Under the pieces are notes generated by a model. It had not been told where the DNA came from. It saw nothing but the letters and a program-made list of their open reading frames with translations, and did no database searches. Below are positions 13,900-27,211 of a DNA stretch of 60,151 nucleotides, piece by piece. Source of the DNA: Rhynchobatus australiae (taxonomy: Eukaryota). The stretch is from NCBI GenBank assembly GCA_034780895.1, contig JAUZTB010000135.1:82651876-82712026 (forward strand). The letters run 5' to 3'. How positions within the stretch are numbered: the first letter of the stretch is position 1; each line of letters starts with the position of its first letter. The position numbers and the translations under genes were made by a program.

Positions 13900-16800
13900 C
13901 AGCACAGCATTTGGTGATTGAAGCAAATTAACTGTTTACCAATCAAAACTGAGATTAGAACGTATGGATTNNNNNNNNNNNNNNNNNNNNNNNNNNNNNN
14001 NNNNNNNNNNNNNNNNNNNNNNNNNNNNNNNNNNNNNNNNNNNNNNNNNNNNNNNNNNNNNNNNNNNNNNGGATTTTATAGTCGGCAGATCAAGTCTCCG
14101 GTCAGAATATTGGCCCTGCTGTGTTTCTGATTTAGTTGTATGCAATCTGACTCTCCACCTGCTTGGTTCCTCTGACCTGATGATCCCGTGTTTCAGTTAA
14201 ATTTGGGATCCTGTTCAGGGTGGAAAAGCTCAGGATGCTTTTAATTAAACTGACAAATTTCATTAATCAGATTGGCCTTGCTATAAAATTATCGTTTTCA
14301 TGGTTGTGTTATAGAAATATGCAGTTTTGTTTTAAACCAGGTCAGTGAAGGCTTTCATTGATCCTTTCCCCTCTAAGATTTAGAGATGGTTTGCACTTGT
14401 CTCAAGGTACTTGTTTCCCTCCTCTCTGTTCTTGCTTCTACCAATTTACTTCCTTTCTTCTCTCCCTCTTAAGGTGTTGACTACTTGATGACTTGTGGCT
14501 CTAGAAGAGCTAGTTACTCTCAATATTAGGTCCACATTGACATAGGTGAGGTTACACAATCAATAGGTTGTTAAACTATGGGGGATAACCTACAGGACCC
14601 ATTCCTGACTGTGCCAAATGTGTTGAGGTCAGTGGTCAGCAGTTAAAAGGCAAAATTTATTTTTACTCTGAGTCTGATTATAATATCTTAACTGAAGCTA
14701 ACTAACTCAGCATATAATAGGACTCAAGCCTGAGACATCTTTGCAACCATAGTAAGCAAATATTCACAGCCTCAACTAGTTAGGACACCATTAGAGCTAA
14801 TCTTATAGTTTAATAGAGTCTGACTGGTAAATAGTAACACTAATCAAAACACATTATCTATTCTTTCAGTGTGTTTTTACTCTGTGTTGCACATATTTTA
14901 AATGTTCTATTAAACCCCCTTGCCTAAATGAATAGATACTGCCTTCTGTGACATTTTCTAATCAGTTCCTCTTGTCTTGTGTAATCAACTCATTTTGATG
15001 CTGTGATAAGGAGCAGGCTCTGCTCATCTATTTAATCTGTACTCATAAGGAAAAAAATCCAGACAGATAACAAAAGCAGTATGTTTCTTATGTATTCTCA
15101 GCCATTATGGGTTGGATTTGTTTCTGCTGTAATACAAAGGCCAGGGCATTCAGTCAGAAGCAGCACTTTGATGGTATATCGACCTGCCTGTTTAGCAACT
15201 GCTTAAAATATGAACCTCCTTTGCTCATGTTGATGAAAGACAAATTATCTTGTTCGAAAGCAGTACCCTTTGTTTATGTTCACTGATTATGAAGGCTCTC
15301 TCTGTAGGCATGTGCAGAAAGGACATGGATATCATCCAAAAAGCAGCAGGTAACGTTAAGGCTGAAAGCAATAGTGTGCTCCTTTTAGGAAGAATCTTAG
15401 CCTTGGTGCCAGATACTGTAGCAACAATAGTGTAGCATTACTCCCATTCCTGCAGCATAAATAGTAGCTGGCTTATGGCACGTGCTTGCACTTTTGTTAT
15501 TTTCAATTTTTTATGCCTGAGGACCATCTGAATATTGCCAGTACATGTTCAAAAACAACATCAAATTTCTGCATTTCTCTTAAAGAAGCAGAAAGTTATG
15601 AAAGTTCCCTGCTGAAGGAAGGAAAGAGGTTCTGCAGGTGCATCAGCCAATGATGTTTTACCAAATTCCAGAACTCATTCCTGCAGAAAATGCAGATATT
15701 TTGATGCATTTTGGAGCATGAGATATCAGAAGATAATTCACAGAAGGAACTGGGAAGTATGATCCCTACTTCCAATCACCTAAACAATGCAATCCACCTT
15801 AATTTTGCCTGTCTGAACACTTTCTGTTAATGACTGGTTCAATTCTCATTCCTCATGATGTGATCTGAAGCAATATTGAAGGGTATAGAACATTGGTCAT
15901 TAAATTTGATGCCCACTTCCAAGCATAACAATGTCATTTTATGCATCCAATAGGTTGGCCAACATGTGCCTTATTCCATGCTGGAATTACTTTGCAAACC
16001 CTATTGGTGAAGCTCCTCTATAATCTTCCAGGACTTGCAATATGAAAGGAATACAGACACCATACAAATGAAAAGCGAGGCACGATACCAATTTGAAGCC
16101 CCTCTCAAAATTTGTTTGCAGCTTGCACTGTGCATTATTACTTTCAAGATCCAGGCAGTTAAGTGAGCAATCCTCAAATGCCTGCATGTTATCATCTGGA
16201 AAAATAATACCTTTTGTTTTTGCTTGCCTTATTGTGGAGAAGGGAGGAGCACTCCTGCTGCTCTAGGCTTCATGTTAAATTTATAGTCACCACTCACCAC
16301 CTCCTGATTGCTTTTGGTGAATCGAAGGATTTTCTGTTCTGAACCTGAAGCTGTATGTCACATTGGCAAATAATAACAAGAACATTTACTTGCTTTGATT
16401 GATTAAATCTAACAGCATTTTCATTAAATATTGTTTTACAATTTTACTTTGTGTTCAAGGGATTGAATTCCAGAACGTGTCCATTATCTTGTGAGGATAG
16501 TAAAGAATGCCCTTTGTGTATGCATAGAGTTCTTTAGTTGTTGTATTTCCTTTTAACCCTTTACCTACACATAGCATTAAATACCAATTGAAGATAAGTA
16601 TGTGGTATATAAAAATACATCAAGATTACAACACAAACAAGCTACTTGGCCCAACCATCCATGGGCTTTATGCTCAATTATATCCCTAATCAAACAGTCC
16701 TCCAGATTCTCCTCTTCCTCCTCATAGCAGAGAGACTGATAGAATTCCAGTGAAAAGCAAATTGGGATTTACTTAAACCTTCTGTACAAGATGTGATCGC

Positions 16801-17174
16801 TATCCTGTGTGAAGCTCTTTGTTAAATGAAAGGGTTCAATACAGGCTGTCATCCATATTTATTGCAGTGGTATAACCTGGTTTATTACTAATCTAGCTTT
16901 GTCGTCCCTTTCTTATTTTCTGAAGCAAAACCACAAATGCAGAGAGTGAGAGAGTTGCAAATACGACTCGTCTTCTGCATTCTTTCTGCTTTGCAGTGGG
17001 CAAGCAATGGGAGTTGCCATTGACTCCCAGGAGAGGAGGGCAGATGCAAACAAATACAACCTGTACAATTGCCCTGGCAGGAGATCCTCCCTGGCCACTC
17101 CAAAAAGAGGGAGAAACTTGAAGGAAAATCCAGGATATCATGTGTCCAATTTTTGAAAAAAGTATGTAACTGTG

Positions 17175-17590
17175 TAAGCCATGACTCAGTGGGCAGCACT
17201 CTCACTCTGGGTGAAAGGTTCGGTGTTGTGAGTACAAACTATTCAGCCTGACACTCCAGTGCAGCACCAAGGGAATATTGTACTGTTATATATGCCTTCA
17301 TTTTGAAAAGGCATTTGGCTGAGACCCCCTCTCAGGTGGTCACAAGAGATCCCATATCCTTATTCTGAAAAGGGACAAGTGGTGTTCTATTCATATCCAA
17401 TCCTCAACCAACATTACTGAATGAAACAGATAATCTGATTATTATCACATTGCCAGGAGCTGGTGTGTAAAATGTCTGCTACATTACAAGCTTTAAATAG
17501 ATACTGCCATTTAGAAGTATTCATTGACAAATACACTTAGGAATGTCCTGAGATTGTAAGCAGTGCTGTAGTAATGTTAATGTTTCCTTA
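17175..17590 (+). mobile_element. DeuSINE, SacSINE1-like, near full length
   Basis: tRNA-like head agccatgactcagtgggcagcactctc; Deu-domain motifs ctgacactccagtgcagcac, ctctcaggtggtcacaagagatcccat and cctcaaccaacattact...acagataatctgattattatcacattgc; L2-like tail gtcctgagattgtaagcagtgctg. Confidence 0.75.
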
Positions 17591-17899
17591 TGACTGGCTC
17601 ATTATTTTATCTATGTTGTCACTGGGTGGAGAGGAGACTAAAACATAACAAACAGTGATGCAAGTGAGAAGGGGGTTTACCTGGAGCAACCTTGCGTCAA
17701 TTCCATTGAATAACCTATAAGAAACAACTGTGTTAGATCTTGTAAGGTAGAGAATAGTGCATAAAGCAGAGAAGCATGCAATAGGAAGAGTAAGCGCGAA
17801 ATAAAATAATAAAAACTTCAATTACTTGTTTAAAAAACCTCAAAAAAAGGGATTTATAACATTGGAATATTATAATTTGTATCATAAGAAATAAAAGCA

Positions 17900-17985
17900 T
17901 TTTTGAGTTTATTGTCATATGCACAAGTATGGTGAGATACAGGTACAATGAAAAACTTGCAAGCAGCAGCATCACAGGCATGTGT
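17900..17985 (-). mobile_element. Short 3' tail of a batoid LINE/SINE family
   Basis: gagtttattgtcatatgcacaagt...acaggtacaatgaaaaacttgc...agcagcagcatcacaggca, recalled as a recurrent retroposon end in ray genomes. Confidence 0.4.
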
Positions 17986-18074
17986 AGACTATCAATCCCT
18001 CAAAACTGCTCTGTCTTTCAGTCAGGTCGCAGGCAATTCCATATCACATCCATTCTTCTGCCCAATCCCTATCT

Positions 18075-18290
18075 TTCATGATTCATATTGTGCCCAAGAA
18101 ATGAGCATACACAGGGACTGAGCTGACACAGCCCTCTGAGATAGGGAATTCCAAATATTCACATCACTTTGTAAAAGGAAATTTCTCTCCTGTTTAGTCT
18201 GAAGAAGTCCATCCCTGATCTTGAGACTAGGTCCACAGGTTCTAAACTTCCCATGCTGAGCAAGGAGCATCACTGTCTACCCTGTCAACT
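18075..18290 (-). mobile_element. CR1/HER1-like LINE 3' fragment
   Basis: Minus ORF 18076-18273 contains RTCGPSLKIRDG...QERNFLLQSDVNIWNSLSQRAV, the CR1 ORF2 C-terminal 'RRNFFSQRVVNLWNSLP' motif. Confidence 0.75.
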
Positions 18291-19709
18291 GTTTTGGTGC
18301 AGAAGATTAGAAACACTTACAGGAACAATTGAGAGTCAGAAGTAGATGTGGTTGGCTGGATCCTCAAAATGGCTCAGGAATTGATGCATAACATGCAGAA
18401 GCTGATTTGTGGGGGAAATAATGTTATTACGTCAAATAGCAGTAAGCAACAACTGCCTAGACTCACTTAATCTAAGCATACCAGAGAATGGACTTTTCTT
18501 CATAAAGTCGAAAGTGAACATTAGGATCAGAATTGAAATGCAGCATTGAAGGAAAATGTACCACCTGCTTCCCTGGGAGAATGTAATGGTCTGGATTGTG
18601 CTGGATTTGTCTCACAGCCTGAACTTGCTGCCCATAGTATCCAGTAGTATCCACCCAGATTTACCTGCAGCAGGTGCAGAAGGCTGAATGAGAGTTGGGA
18701 AAAGATTAACCAAAGGTGACTAACTCTCAGGCAGCTTATTGCCCCATAACACTGTGAAGAACTTTGATGGCTTGTTGCTGATAATCAGGGATATTGAAAA
18801 TCTATTCATGTAAATTTAAATAGTTAAAAGTAAAACAAAATATTTTGGAAGAATAATTAAAATACCTTAAAATGAATATGAAAAACAAAGATAATGTAAA
18901 AATACCCAAACACTTGCCTGCATTTAGCCTTTTTCACATGGTCAGTGATCCCATTCCATTGAATGGTGCCACCATGTGTGCACACTGGCCAGCCATAAGG
19001 TAAAGCTGAGGGACTGAGTGTGAAATGCATCTGGTCCCTCTCCTCAGCATGTCAGTGCTTCACTACTGGACTCGATGGCGAGTTCAGCAGTGGAGTAGGT
19101 GGTCCTTACAGAACCCCCAGTTGTTAGTCAGCTCAATCCTGCCAATAACTAGAACTAGCTGCACATGCTTGCACAGGGTTAGAACTGAGAGGATCATGCA
19201 CATTGCATGCAAGCTAACAAAACAACAGTACATCGAATACAAATGCAGACAGACGACCTATATGCTTGGAACCAAAGTAACAAACTAATTTAAATTCAAA
19301 CCATTTCACACCAGGATTTTCAAACAAAAAATGTAGGAAATAGAAACTTTTGGGGGGAAAAACATAGATCTCAGTACTAAATGCGGTAACATATGATGAT
19401 CCAATTAATCCTCTCTTTTGTGGGTGGTTTGGGAGTAGAAAATAATGTCAGCAACCAGTTTCTTTGAAGAGATGGCTTGGCTTTTGGAAAGTAGATCCCG
19501 GAAACAGAGAGAACCTACTGAGTAAGAAAATTCCCAGACATAAAACTTCCTGAAAACAAAGCATCATTGTAAAATCCCTCTCTATCATGTTTCCTCTCAA
19601 ATTTCCCTACTGATAGACAGCAATTCCATCATCTTCTGTCTGTCTCTGCACTTGAACTTCCTCCCCCTTTCTGTTCAACATTTTCTGCAGCATCTCTTCA
19701 ACCTTCATA

Positions 19710-20035
19710 TCTAACCTAAAATGTGGTAACTGGGGCAGTGCACCAGTTGTGACCCATCTAGTGCTTTATAAAGTTTTGACGTAATTCTACTGCTCTTGTA
19801 CATTATCACTTTCAGTTATGATATCCAGGATCCCATGTGCTTTCCTAATTACTCTCTCAACATATCCGACCACTTCCAAATATTTACGCCGATAGACCTT
19901 CAGGTCCCTCGACAGTTCCTCTATTCCCGACACCTTTAAGAACTGTTCTATTTAGTCTATGTGGTCTCTCCTTATTCCTTTTGCCAAAATGTGTCACTTC
20001 ACACTTCTCAAAATTAAATTTCATCTGCCACTTAC
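19710..20035 (-). mobile_element. CR1-like LINE ORF2 fragment
   Basis: gccaaaatgtgtcacttcacacttctcaaaattaaatttcatctgccactt reads on the minus strand KWQMKFNFEKCEVTHFG, a hallmark CR1 motif. Confidence 0.75.
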
Positions 20036-20680
20036 TCTGGTTATTGCATTTCAGCATAATTTTAATTATTAAAAGATGTCAACAGTTCTTGAATCATATT
20101 AACTAAATCCTGAGGCAAAGAGGAATCCAACTGGGGATTTTACCATAAAGCAAAAATTTAACTTATAAAAATCTGTGTATTAGAGTTTTATAACCGTTTA
20201 GAAGTGGCTAATGCTATCAATAATGAAATGGAATTATTTAAGAGTACAACTTGTTCAAATCAAATTATCTCAGCAAATGCTATTCAGTTATGTATTTTGA
20301 AGAGAGAAGATCCAATCAGTGTATGATTGGGGAAAGGGGATTCCATGTATGCAAGGGAGCAAGAGAGCTTATGGATAAATTCAATGATTATTTTCTGGCT
20401 GATTGTGTGACTCTTGTGTGTCCATTATGCAATGCATTTATTACTGGAACTGTTTCCTTTGGGTAATTAAGGTAGTGCCAAAATAATTTTCTTAGTATGC
20501 TTTTAATTCCCTTGACTTTTGATTGCTAGTTAATTGTCTGTTTTTATTTGTTGATGATTTGTTTCTGTTTTGTGAATTTTAAACATCATTGATTATTTTC
20601 TTTCTTCCAACATGTTGCGAATTTTTGTTGATTATGATTCTAAAATTTGAACAAGTTTAGTGTGTTACAGAATGTTGCAA

Positions 20681-20696
20681 GAGAGAGAGAGAGAGA
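20681..20696. repeat. (GA)8 microsatellite
   Basis: gagagagagagagaga. Confidence 0.85.
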
Positions 20697-20720
20697 CAAA
20701 GTGAGTGCTGACAAAATACA

Positions 20721-20849
20721 GGACTGATTGGCGATAGTCAGCATGGCTTTGGACATGGAAAATCACGTCGCACAAATTTGATTGAGGTTTTGGAAGAGAT
20801 GGGGAAGAGAATTGACTAAGGCAGGATGGTGGATGTTATCTACCTGGAC
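20721..20849 (+). mobile_element. CR1 LINE reverse-transcriptase N-terminal fragment (stop-containing), truncated by an assembly gap
   Basis: Translates GLIGDSQHGFGHGKSRRTNLIEVLEEMGKRID*GRMVDVIYLD, the CR1 RT 'SQHGF..GRSCLTNL...VDVIYLDF' motif. Confidence 0.85.
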
Positions 20850-21146
20850 GAGATCGGNNNNNNNNNNNNNNNNNNNNNNNNNNNNNNNNNNNNNNNNNNN
20901 NNNNNNNNNNNNNNNNNNNNNNNNNNNNNNNNNNNNNNNNNNNNNNNNNNNNNNNNNTTGGTTCCCAAAGTCCAGTTTAGAATGTTTCACATACAGCTGA
21001 TGTAGGCTCTCAGAGTTGTGGGTTCTGTAAGGGCATTCAGGAAATTACTCTATCTCCCAAGAGTCAATCTGCTTTTGAATTAAAGTATAGAAATTGAGAA
21101 AATGGTACCAATTACTTTCTTTCCTTTTATGTCCAAAGTAAATGTA

Positions 21147-21527
21147 AGAAAGAATGGCTTGCATTTCTATAGTGCCTCTCTTGTCACTTTCAGGATATCT
21201 GAAAGCACTTATAGCCACTGAAGTACATTTTGAAGCATTGCCACTTTTGTTTTATTGGAAACATAGCAGCCAATTTGCACACAGCAAGCTCCCACTAATG
21301 GCTGTGTAATAAGGAGGGATAAATAAAGTTATCAGTCGTGACTTTCTTCTTCTTTGAAATAATGCCATGGAATCTTTTACGTCAATCTAGGAGAGCAGAT
21401 TAGTCCTTGGTTTAACATTTCAGCTGAAAGATAGCATCTCTAGGCATACAGCATTCCTACAATTTTTCACAGGAGTGTCAGTCTAGACTGTAAACATCTG
21501 ATTCCAGCAAGAGTGCTACCAACTGAG
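21147..21527 (-). mobile_element. DeuSINE, SacSINE1-like
   Basis: Reverse complement of the 17175 copy: cttgcatttctatagtgcc, ggaaacatagcagccaatttgcacacagcaagctcccac, tgccatggaatcttttacgtc, ggagtgtcagtctaga, caagagtgctaccaactgag. Confidence 0.8.
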
Positions 21528-22165
21528 AACATAAGAAAAATAAATACAGAAGTAATTATTTTACTAATGAGTTTGCATGAATTAACCTGTGCTTGAGTAA
21601 GTGTTTCTGAGGCTGTGTATGTGGTGTGCGATCTTGAAGGCTTAACAAAGGCTTTGTGGTTGAAGTAATCAAAAAAAACGTTGCAAGTGGTAAAGCAGAA
21701 GTTTATAATGCTGAAAAGCACATCAATACATATATTATTCAGATGGGAATGTGAATCCATTATTGAACGCAGTTGGTTTGTTAAAGAATGCAAAGCTTGA
21801 TCCATTAACCACGGGAGAACAGTGCCCTATGTTTAATACTAACAATGGAAATATTTAGGGCCTGATGAGAAAATCATTGTGGAAAGTGACATGTGGGCAG
21901 TTTAGGCTTTTTTTCTGCAGGCTTTTTTCTTTCCCTTTTAATGTATTTTAACTAGTATATTTAGTACAGTTGCAGTCTCTTTTATGACAGTTTTGCACTT
22001 CTGAATATTGACACAGTGGAAGTTCCAAATTAAAGACTCTGTTTAAATTATTTCCTTAATTGTTTATTATTTTAATAATATAGACATTTGTGAAGTGAGG
22101 GGGAATTGACTGCTTATAGTAGTCATTGTAAGTTTAGGTTTAAGACTGGTTGGTTGTCATCAATA

Positions 22166-22812
22166 GCCTAGAACTTCCTGCCAGCTACGAAATGGCCAAC
22201 AAAAACTTTGACACTCAGCTAAACAATACCATTGCCTAAGCAACTGTCAAAAACCTAGAACTGATTAGAATATTTCTGACATCCAGAAATTTTCAAAAGC
22301 CATTTAAGAACAAATTGAAATTTTATAAAAACCAAAAATAAATAACAAAAAAATCCATGTTTAAGAATAATTCACAACCTTAAAACATTTAACTAACTTC
22401 AGTTGTCTAGAAATTCAAATAGAAAAATGCTGTTTTTCTTCCAGTATTAAGGAGTTAAATTGATCATTATTTCCACTGAACCAGATAAAGATTATTTAGC
22501 ATTGTCATTCCAGAAATTCAACTGAGCACTTCCTGACATCTGTCCTTGCCTAGTTAGATTTCCAGTGGTGCAGGTGGTAATGTCATCCTGTGCACATTGT
22601 TCCTGTTGGAAAATTGCATGGGAACTTGGTCTATGTTATTCTGCAAGAACTCATCATTGGGCACTTCTAGTATAAATTAGCAGTACTGAGCCAAACTAGA
22701 TAACTTGCCAGGAATGTAAATGACTTGTCTTCATGCTCAGAAGCACCCCATAACTGAACTCCCATCATCCAATCCGTGGTGATGAGAAGCAATTCCCCAG
22801 AAAATCCTGGCC
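22166..22812. mobile_element. Possible decayed non-autonomous DNA transposon (MITE-like)
   Basis: The ends agcctagaacttcctg and cccagaaaatcctggcc form a weak, imperfect inverted pair; no coding sequence inside. Confidence 0.25.
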
Positions 22813-23339
22813 AAGATGTGCTTTGTCTAATGTAGTCTCAAATTCGGGTAACCAGCTTTAATTCACAAGTGTACCACTGGCACAAAGGTTGAAACCAAAG
22901 GAAACTAAATTGATATTTTGACACAATGCAATAGTCATTTAGAATATACATTGAAGTAAGTAATCTTTTACTAAAATATGTGTTCTTATTCCACCAGTTG
23001 TGGTTTTGTATTTATGCANNNNNNNNNNNNNNNNNNNNNNNNNNNNNNNNNNNNNNNNNNNNNNNNNNNNNNNNNNNNNNNNNNNNNNNNNNNNNNNNNN
23101 NNNNNNNNNNNNNNNNNNNNNNNGGATATTTTCTTCCTCAAGACAGGACTTACAAAATCCTCATTTATATTTTTTTTTTGTTGTCCACTTAGGATCTTGG
23201 AGTGTTAATACTGCCTAGTCTTTCTGCATAACACACTAGCAAATTGTTCTCCATGTTTCTAGGGTCCTTGACTTCAATGAAATAATGCAAAATGGTTTTT
23301 CTTTTTATCTCCTGGACTTCTGTCAATGTTTCTCTTCGC

Positions 23340-23632
23340 TAAAGGTGCCACCACCATATTTCCATTACCTTGTAAGATGGCAGATTTATCAATGAACTTC
23401 GACCATGGGAACCTGGGAGATCTGCTTTGAAATTGGTGAGCTTATTCATCCTGCATTGTGGAATGGAACTTTGCCCAATGTTGTGCATCATTTTCAGTGA
23501 AGGTGTACAGCTGCAAACTGGCAGATCCCACTCAACCCGGCAAATCAAATTCATGTGACAGACAGTCCTCTATCTACAACATGACCCCTGCCTGTGAGTC
23601 AAGTGCTCTACCACTTCAGCTAGCAGGCTGCC
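23340..23632 (-). mobile_element. tRNA-derived SINE remnant (family not identified)
   Basis: The minus strand begins ggcagcctgctagctgaagtggtagagcacttgactcacaggcagg, a tRNA-like A-box head. Confidence 0.45.
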
Positions 23633-24199
23633 TTAATTTGTGTTTATAGTGGCTAGTGAGTTAATGTAGGAGATGCAGAGTGTCTTGATCATAATGATAT
23701 GTCCTTGGGCAGGCTAGCTGTTGCCTTTATTTCCTGTGGGTCAAATAAACTGCACGTAATGGTGCTGTGATCTCCTAGCACAGAGAACGGGTCACTGGCA
23801 TATTATGAGCCAGATTACCAAACAGTATAAACCATTTTATTGGCTTTGCTGCAACTAGGACTAAAATAACTTGGTTTCAATCAATAAAGGTTTCATGACT
23901 TGATTTATTTGATAGAAAATAGTCTGAGCTCATATCTGCTGTGAAAACAATTGCCATTTCATTGTTTTTCTTTGTCAGATGTATGCCTTTGTGGGATAGC
24001 TTGAGGCACACCATGCTGTCTATAACTTTTAACCAGTATGGGCTATAGGCCAAGCATCAGGCCGTNNNNNNNNNNNNNNNNNNNNNNNNNNNNNNNNNNN
24101 NNNNNNNNNNNNNNNNNNNNNNNNNNNNNNNNNNNNNNNNNNNNNNNNNNNNNNNNNNNNNNNNNNNNNNNNNNNNNNNNNNNNNNNNNNNNNNNNNGG

Positions 24200-24668
24200 T
24201 ATATTAAGAACATAGAGAAAAGGCCGTTCAGGCTTTTAAACCTATTCCACCATTCATTTGGATCAGGCCAACTCCAGATGGTAACTTCATTTAACTTGGT
24301 TCCATATCCCTTAATCCCCTTGCCTATAAAGAAAAACTATCAATCTCAGTTTTGAAACTTACAACTGACCTTGCCTCAGTAATCATTTTGGAGCATAGAA
24401 TTTCAGATTTCCACTGCCTTCATGTGAAGAAGTCCATCCTGACATCATGCAACAGTTTTAAAGATATGCCACTTTGTCCTGGACTTTCCCGTTCAATTTC
24501 TTTGCCTACCCTTGCAATCCTTTAATCACCTTAAATAGCCAATCATATCAGTCCTTAGTCTACTATGCTTGAGGAAATCCATGTCCAGTTTATTCAAAGT
24601 GTCCTACAACTTTAACCACTGCAACCCTGGTATCATTCAAATAAATCTGCACTGCACCCCTCCAAGGA
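24200..24668 (-). mobile_element. CR1/HER1-like LINE 3' end
   Basis: taagaacatag...aggccgttcagg...attccaccattca, ttccatatcccttaatccc, gaatttcagatttccac and ggtatcattcaaataaatctgcactgcacccctccaagg are the reverse of a CR1 3' end. Confidence 0.7.
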
Positions 24669-25414
24669 ACAATGATGTGGTTTTGCTGTCATTACACTAC
24701 GCAACTGACAATAACTTTAGGATTTCTGTCTGTGTAGTAATTAAATGCTCCTCCTGAAGTTGCTCGATGTTGTCCCTTCCCTTCCACATTCAAAGGAAAT
24801 TGAGAATTTCCTCAACAAGATACCCTGAAATTGTTGTATATGTATGTTTATTTTTTTATTGGTGTACTATTATAATTACTGGTCAATAAATTGGCTCTAA
24901 AAACAAAACTGTTCTTGACATCTATTGGTTGTGATTCTTAGGTGAACTTTTCAATGATTGATACATTATTAAATACATTTCCTTTGGGTTTTAGAAGTCC
25001 ACTTGTTATACATCTACCATAATCTTATGTGTGTCGATCTTTACTTCAAGTTTTGTGATATGTTTAAAATATTAGCTACCATTTGTGCTTAATTCTTCCA
25101 TGTGATTGGTTGTTCATGATTATAGTAAGTGTATTCCTGAATTCTCCACAACTAACTTCTGACAACAACTAACATAAGGAAAGAGAAAGCCTATCCTAAA
25201 GGGATTCGGGATCTTTGTGGCTATCATACTTCAAGGTTAGTGGGAGGCACTGTTGCCTCAAAATCCAGTTCAGGATGCCAGGTCTTGGATGCTCTGTCCA
25301 CAGTAGTCTAATGGTAGTCCAAGCAGAGCTTTCTACTATCACAGTGTAGTTTCCATGCATTTCATTGCAGGCCTTTTTTAGAGGAAGGCTAACAATCTAT
25401 TAGTCTTTTAAATT

Positions 25415-25715
25415 GATTTGCACCTATCCACAAATCTCTAATGATTTCTGTATCTTGTCGCTTAAATTTCCCACAGTTCCTAGTTTTATTACTTTCAATG
25501 AACCCTGTAGTCATTTTTTTGTGAGTAATGTGCATTTGTTCCGATTTCCCTAATATGCCACAGGTTTGCACACTCACTTAATCTGCTCATGTTCCTTTGT
25601 ATCTTTATGCACCCCTTCATTCCTTCCTACGTCATCTAGCTTGGTGTTACCAGCAAACTTGGAAATATAGCTCACCTTTCCTTTATCATTTATAAATATA
25701 GTGAAAAACTGAAAC
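25415..25715 (-). mobile_element. Decayed CR1-like RT fragment
   Basis: ttggtgttaccagcaaacttggaaat reads on the minus strand ISKFAGNTK, a degenerate SKFADDTK RT active-site motif. Confidence 0.6.
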
Positions 25716-26672
25716 ATCAATCCTTTGCATTTGAATTTTTTATTAGCATCACTTGTGTGGGATGTCCCTATAAATAATATACATGTACACAGTTTTATAT
25801 TATCAAGGCCTGAAACTGCCTAAAATTAATTATGAATGAAATGGTGATAATATCAATTTTCTTCTTGGTGGATTGTACTCATATTTTTCCTATTAAGAAC
25901 CTCTGAATCTTGTCACTAGTCTCTGTACTCAAGACTGTGTGGTAGATATTAATCATAGTCANNNNNNNNNNNNGATGATAATATGGTGGTTGTATAATGT
26001 ATGAATTATTTACTGTAAGTTATTGCTATGATCAACTTAAAATTCAAGATATCATTAATGGAATTACAAGGGGATGAAGTATTACTAAGTAACTTGAAGA
26101 AAGTTTTCAAATCACTTATGACTGCACAAAGATCTACTGTTTTAACTATTTGCATGAGGTTGACCCGTGTCCCAGTATTGATCCTCAGTAGTGAAACCGA
26201 TGCAAAACCGTGTAAATTTCAGGAGTTACATGAGAAGAGCTGGAATGGCTTAATTAGGTCTACAGTCATGTTATACAACTAACAATGCATTATTGCTGCA
26301 TGTAAGCACCTTGTGTCTGCCTTGCAATTGGCAGACTTTTATTATAGTGTACAATGCCTTTGGGCTGATTGGTATTGAGTTGCAGTTACAGTGAAGAGTT
26401 CCTCATGCATGCTTTAATGCATGTGCAGAACTCCATTCCTCCAGGAACATTTTTATTATCAGAAGAAGGCAAGTGCAAAGTCCATTCTACAATTATATAC
26501 GTTCTATTCTATGTTGTTGAAGTACACTGGAGATCCAGCAGGCAGCCTGAACAGAATGGTAATGATGCTTCACCCAATGGACTTTAGTGGAGAGGTAGTT
26601 GACTGTGGAGAGAAAGCACCAGTGGACAGTACATCCACAAGTTAACCTTAGCAGCCCTCCTCCTTTTAAACA

Positions 26673-26975
26673 TGCAGTGGTGTAACAGCTAGAGATGCTG
26701 TGTCCACAGCTCCAGCAATCTGAGATCAATCCTGATCTGTGACCATGTGGGTTTCCTCCAGGTGTTCCTGTTTCTTCCCACAAAAACATGCTTGTAGGCT
26801 AATTGGTCACATGAAATTACCCCAGTGTAGGTAAGTGGTAGGAGAATCAACAGGAGTTAATGGACTTGTGAGAGAGAAGAGGATACAAGGAAATAAGTAA
26901 GAGAATGGAATTGATTGAACTACTGAGAGCAGACATAGACTTGATAGGCTGACTGGTGTTGTCCTATGTTATAAG
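26673..26975 (+). mobile_element. V-SINE (HE1-like) with internal deletion
   Basis: gcagtggtgtaacagctagagatgctg head; V-domain gtgaccatgtgggtttcctccaggtgttcctgtttcttcccaca...aggctaattggtcac. Confidence 0.75.
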
Positions 26976-27191
26976 GAAAACAAAAAGCTAGCAGGAAGTT
27001 TTAAAAAGTTGAATTTTCTTTTGCTTATTCTGACCTTGGTAAATGCCACTGACGAGAAACCTGAGTGACATTTTGTTGCTGCACTCAAATCATAAAATGA
27101 GCATTTCATTCTGGAATCAACTTGACATCAGTGAGCACAACAAATGAGAAGATTTCAAAGTGATGGAAGTGGATTGCACACAGACAACTTC

Positions 27192-27211
27192 TGAATGAAT
27201 GAATGAATGAA
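27192..27211. repeat. (TGAA)5 microsatellite
   Basis: tgaatgaatgaatgaatgaa. Confidence 0.8.
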
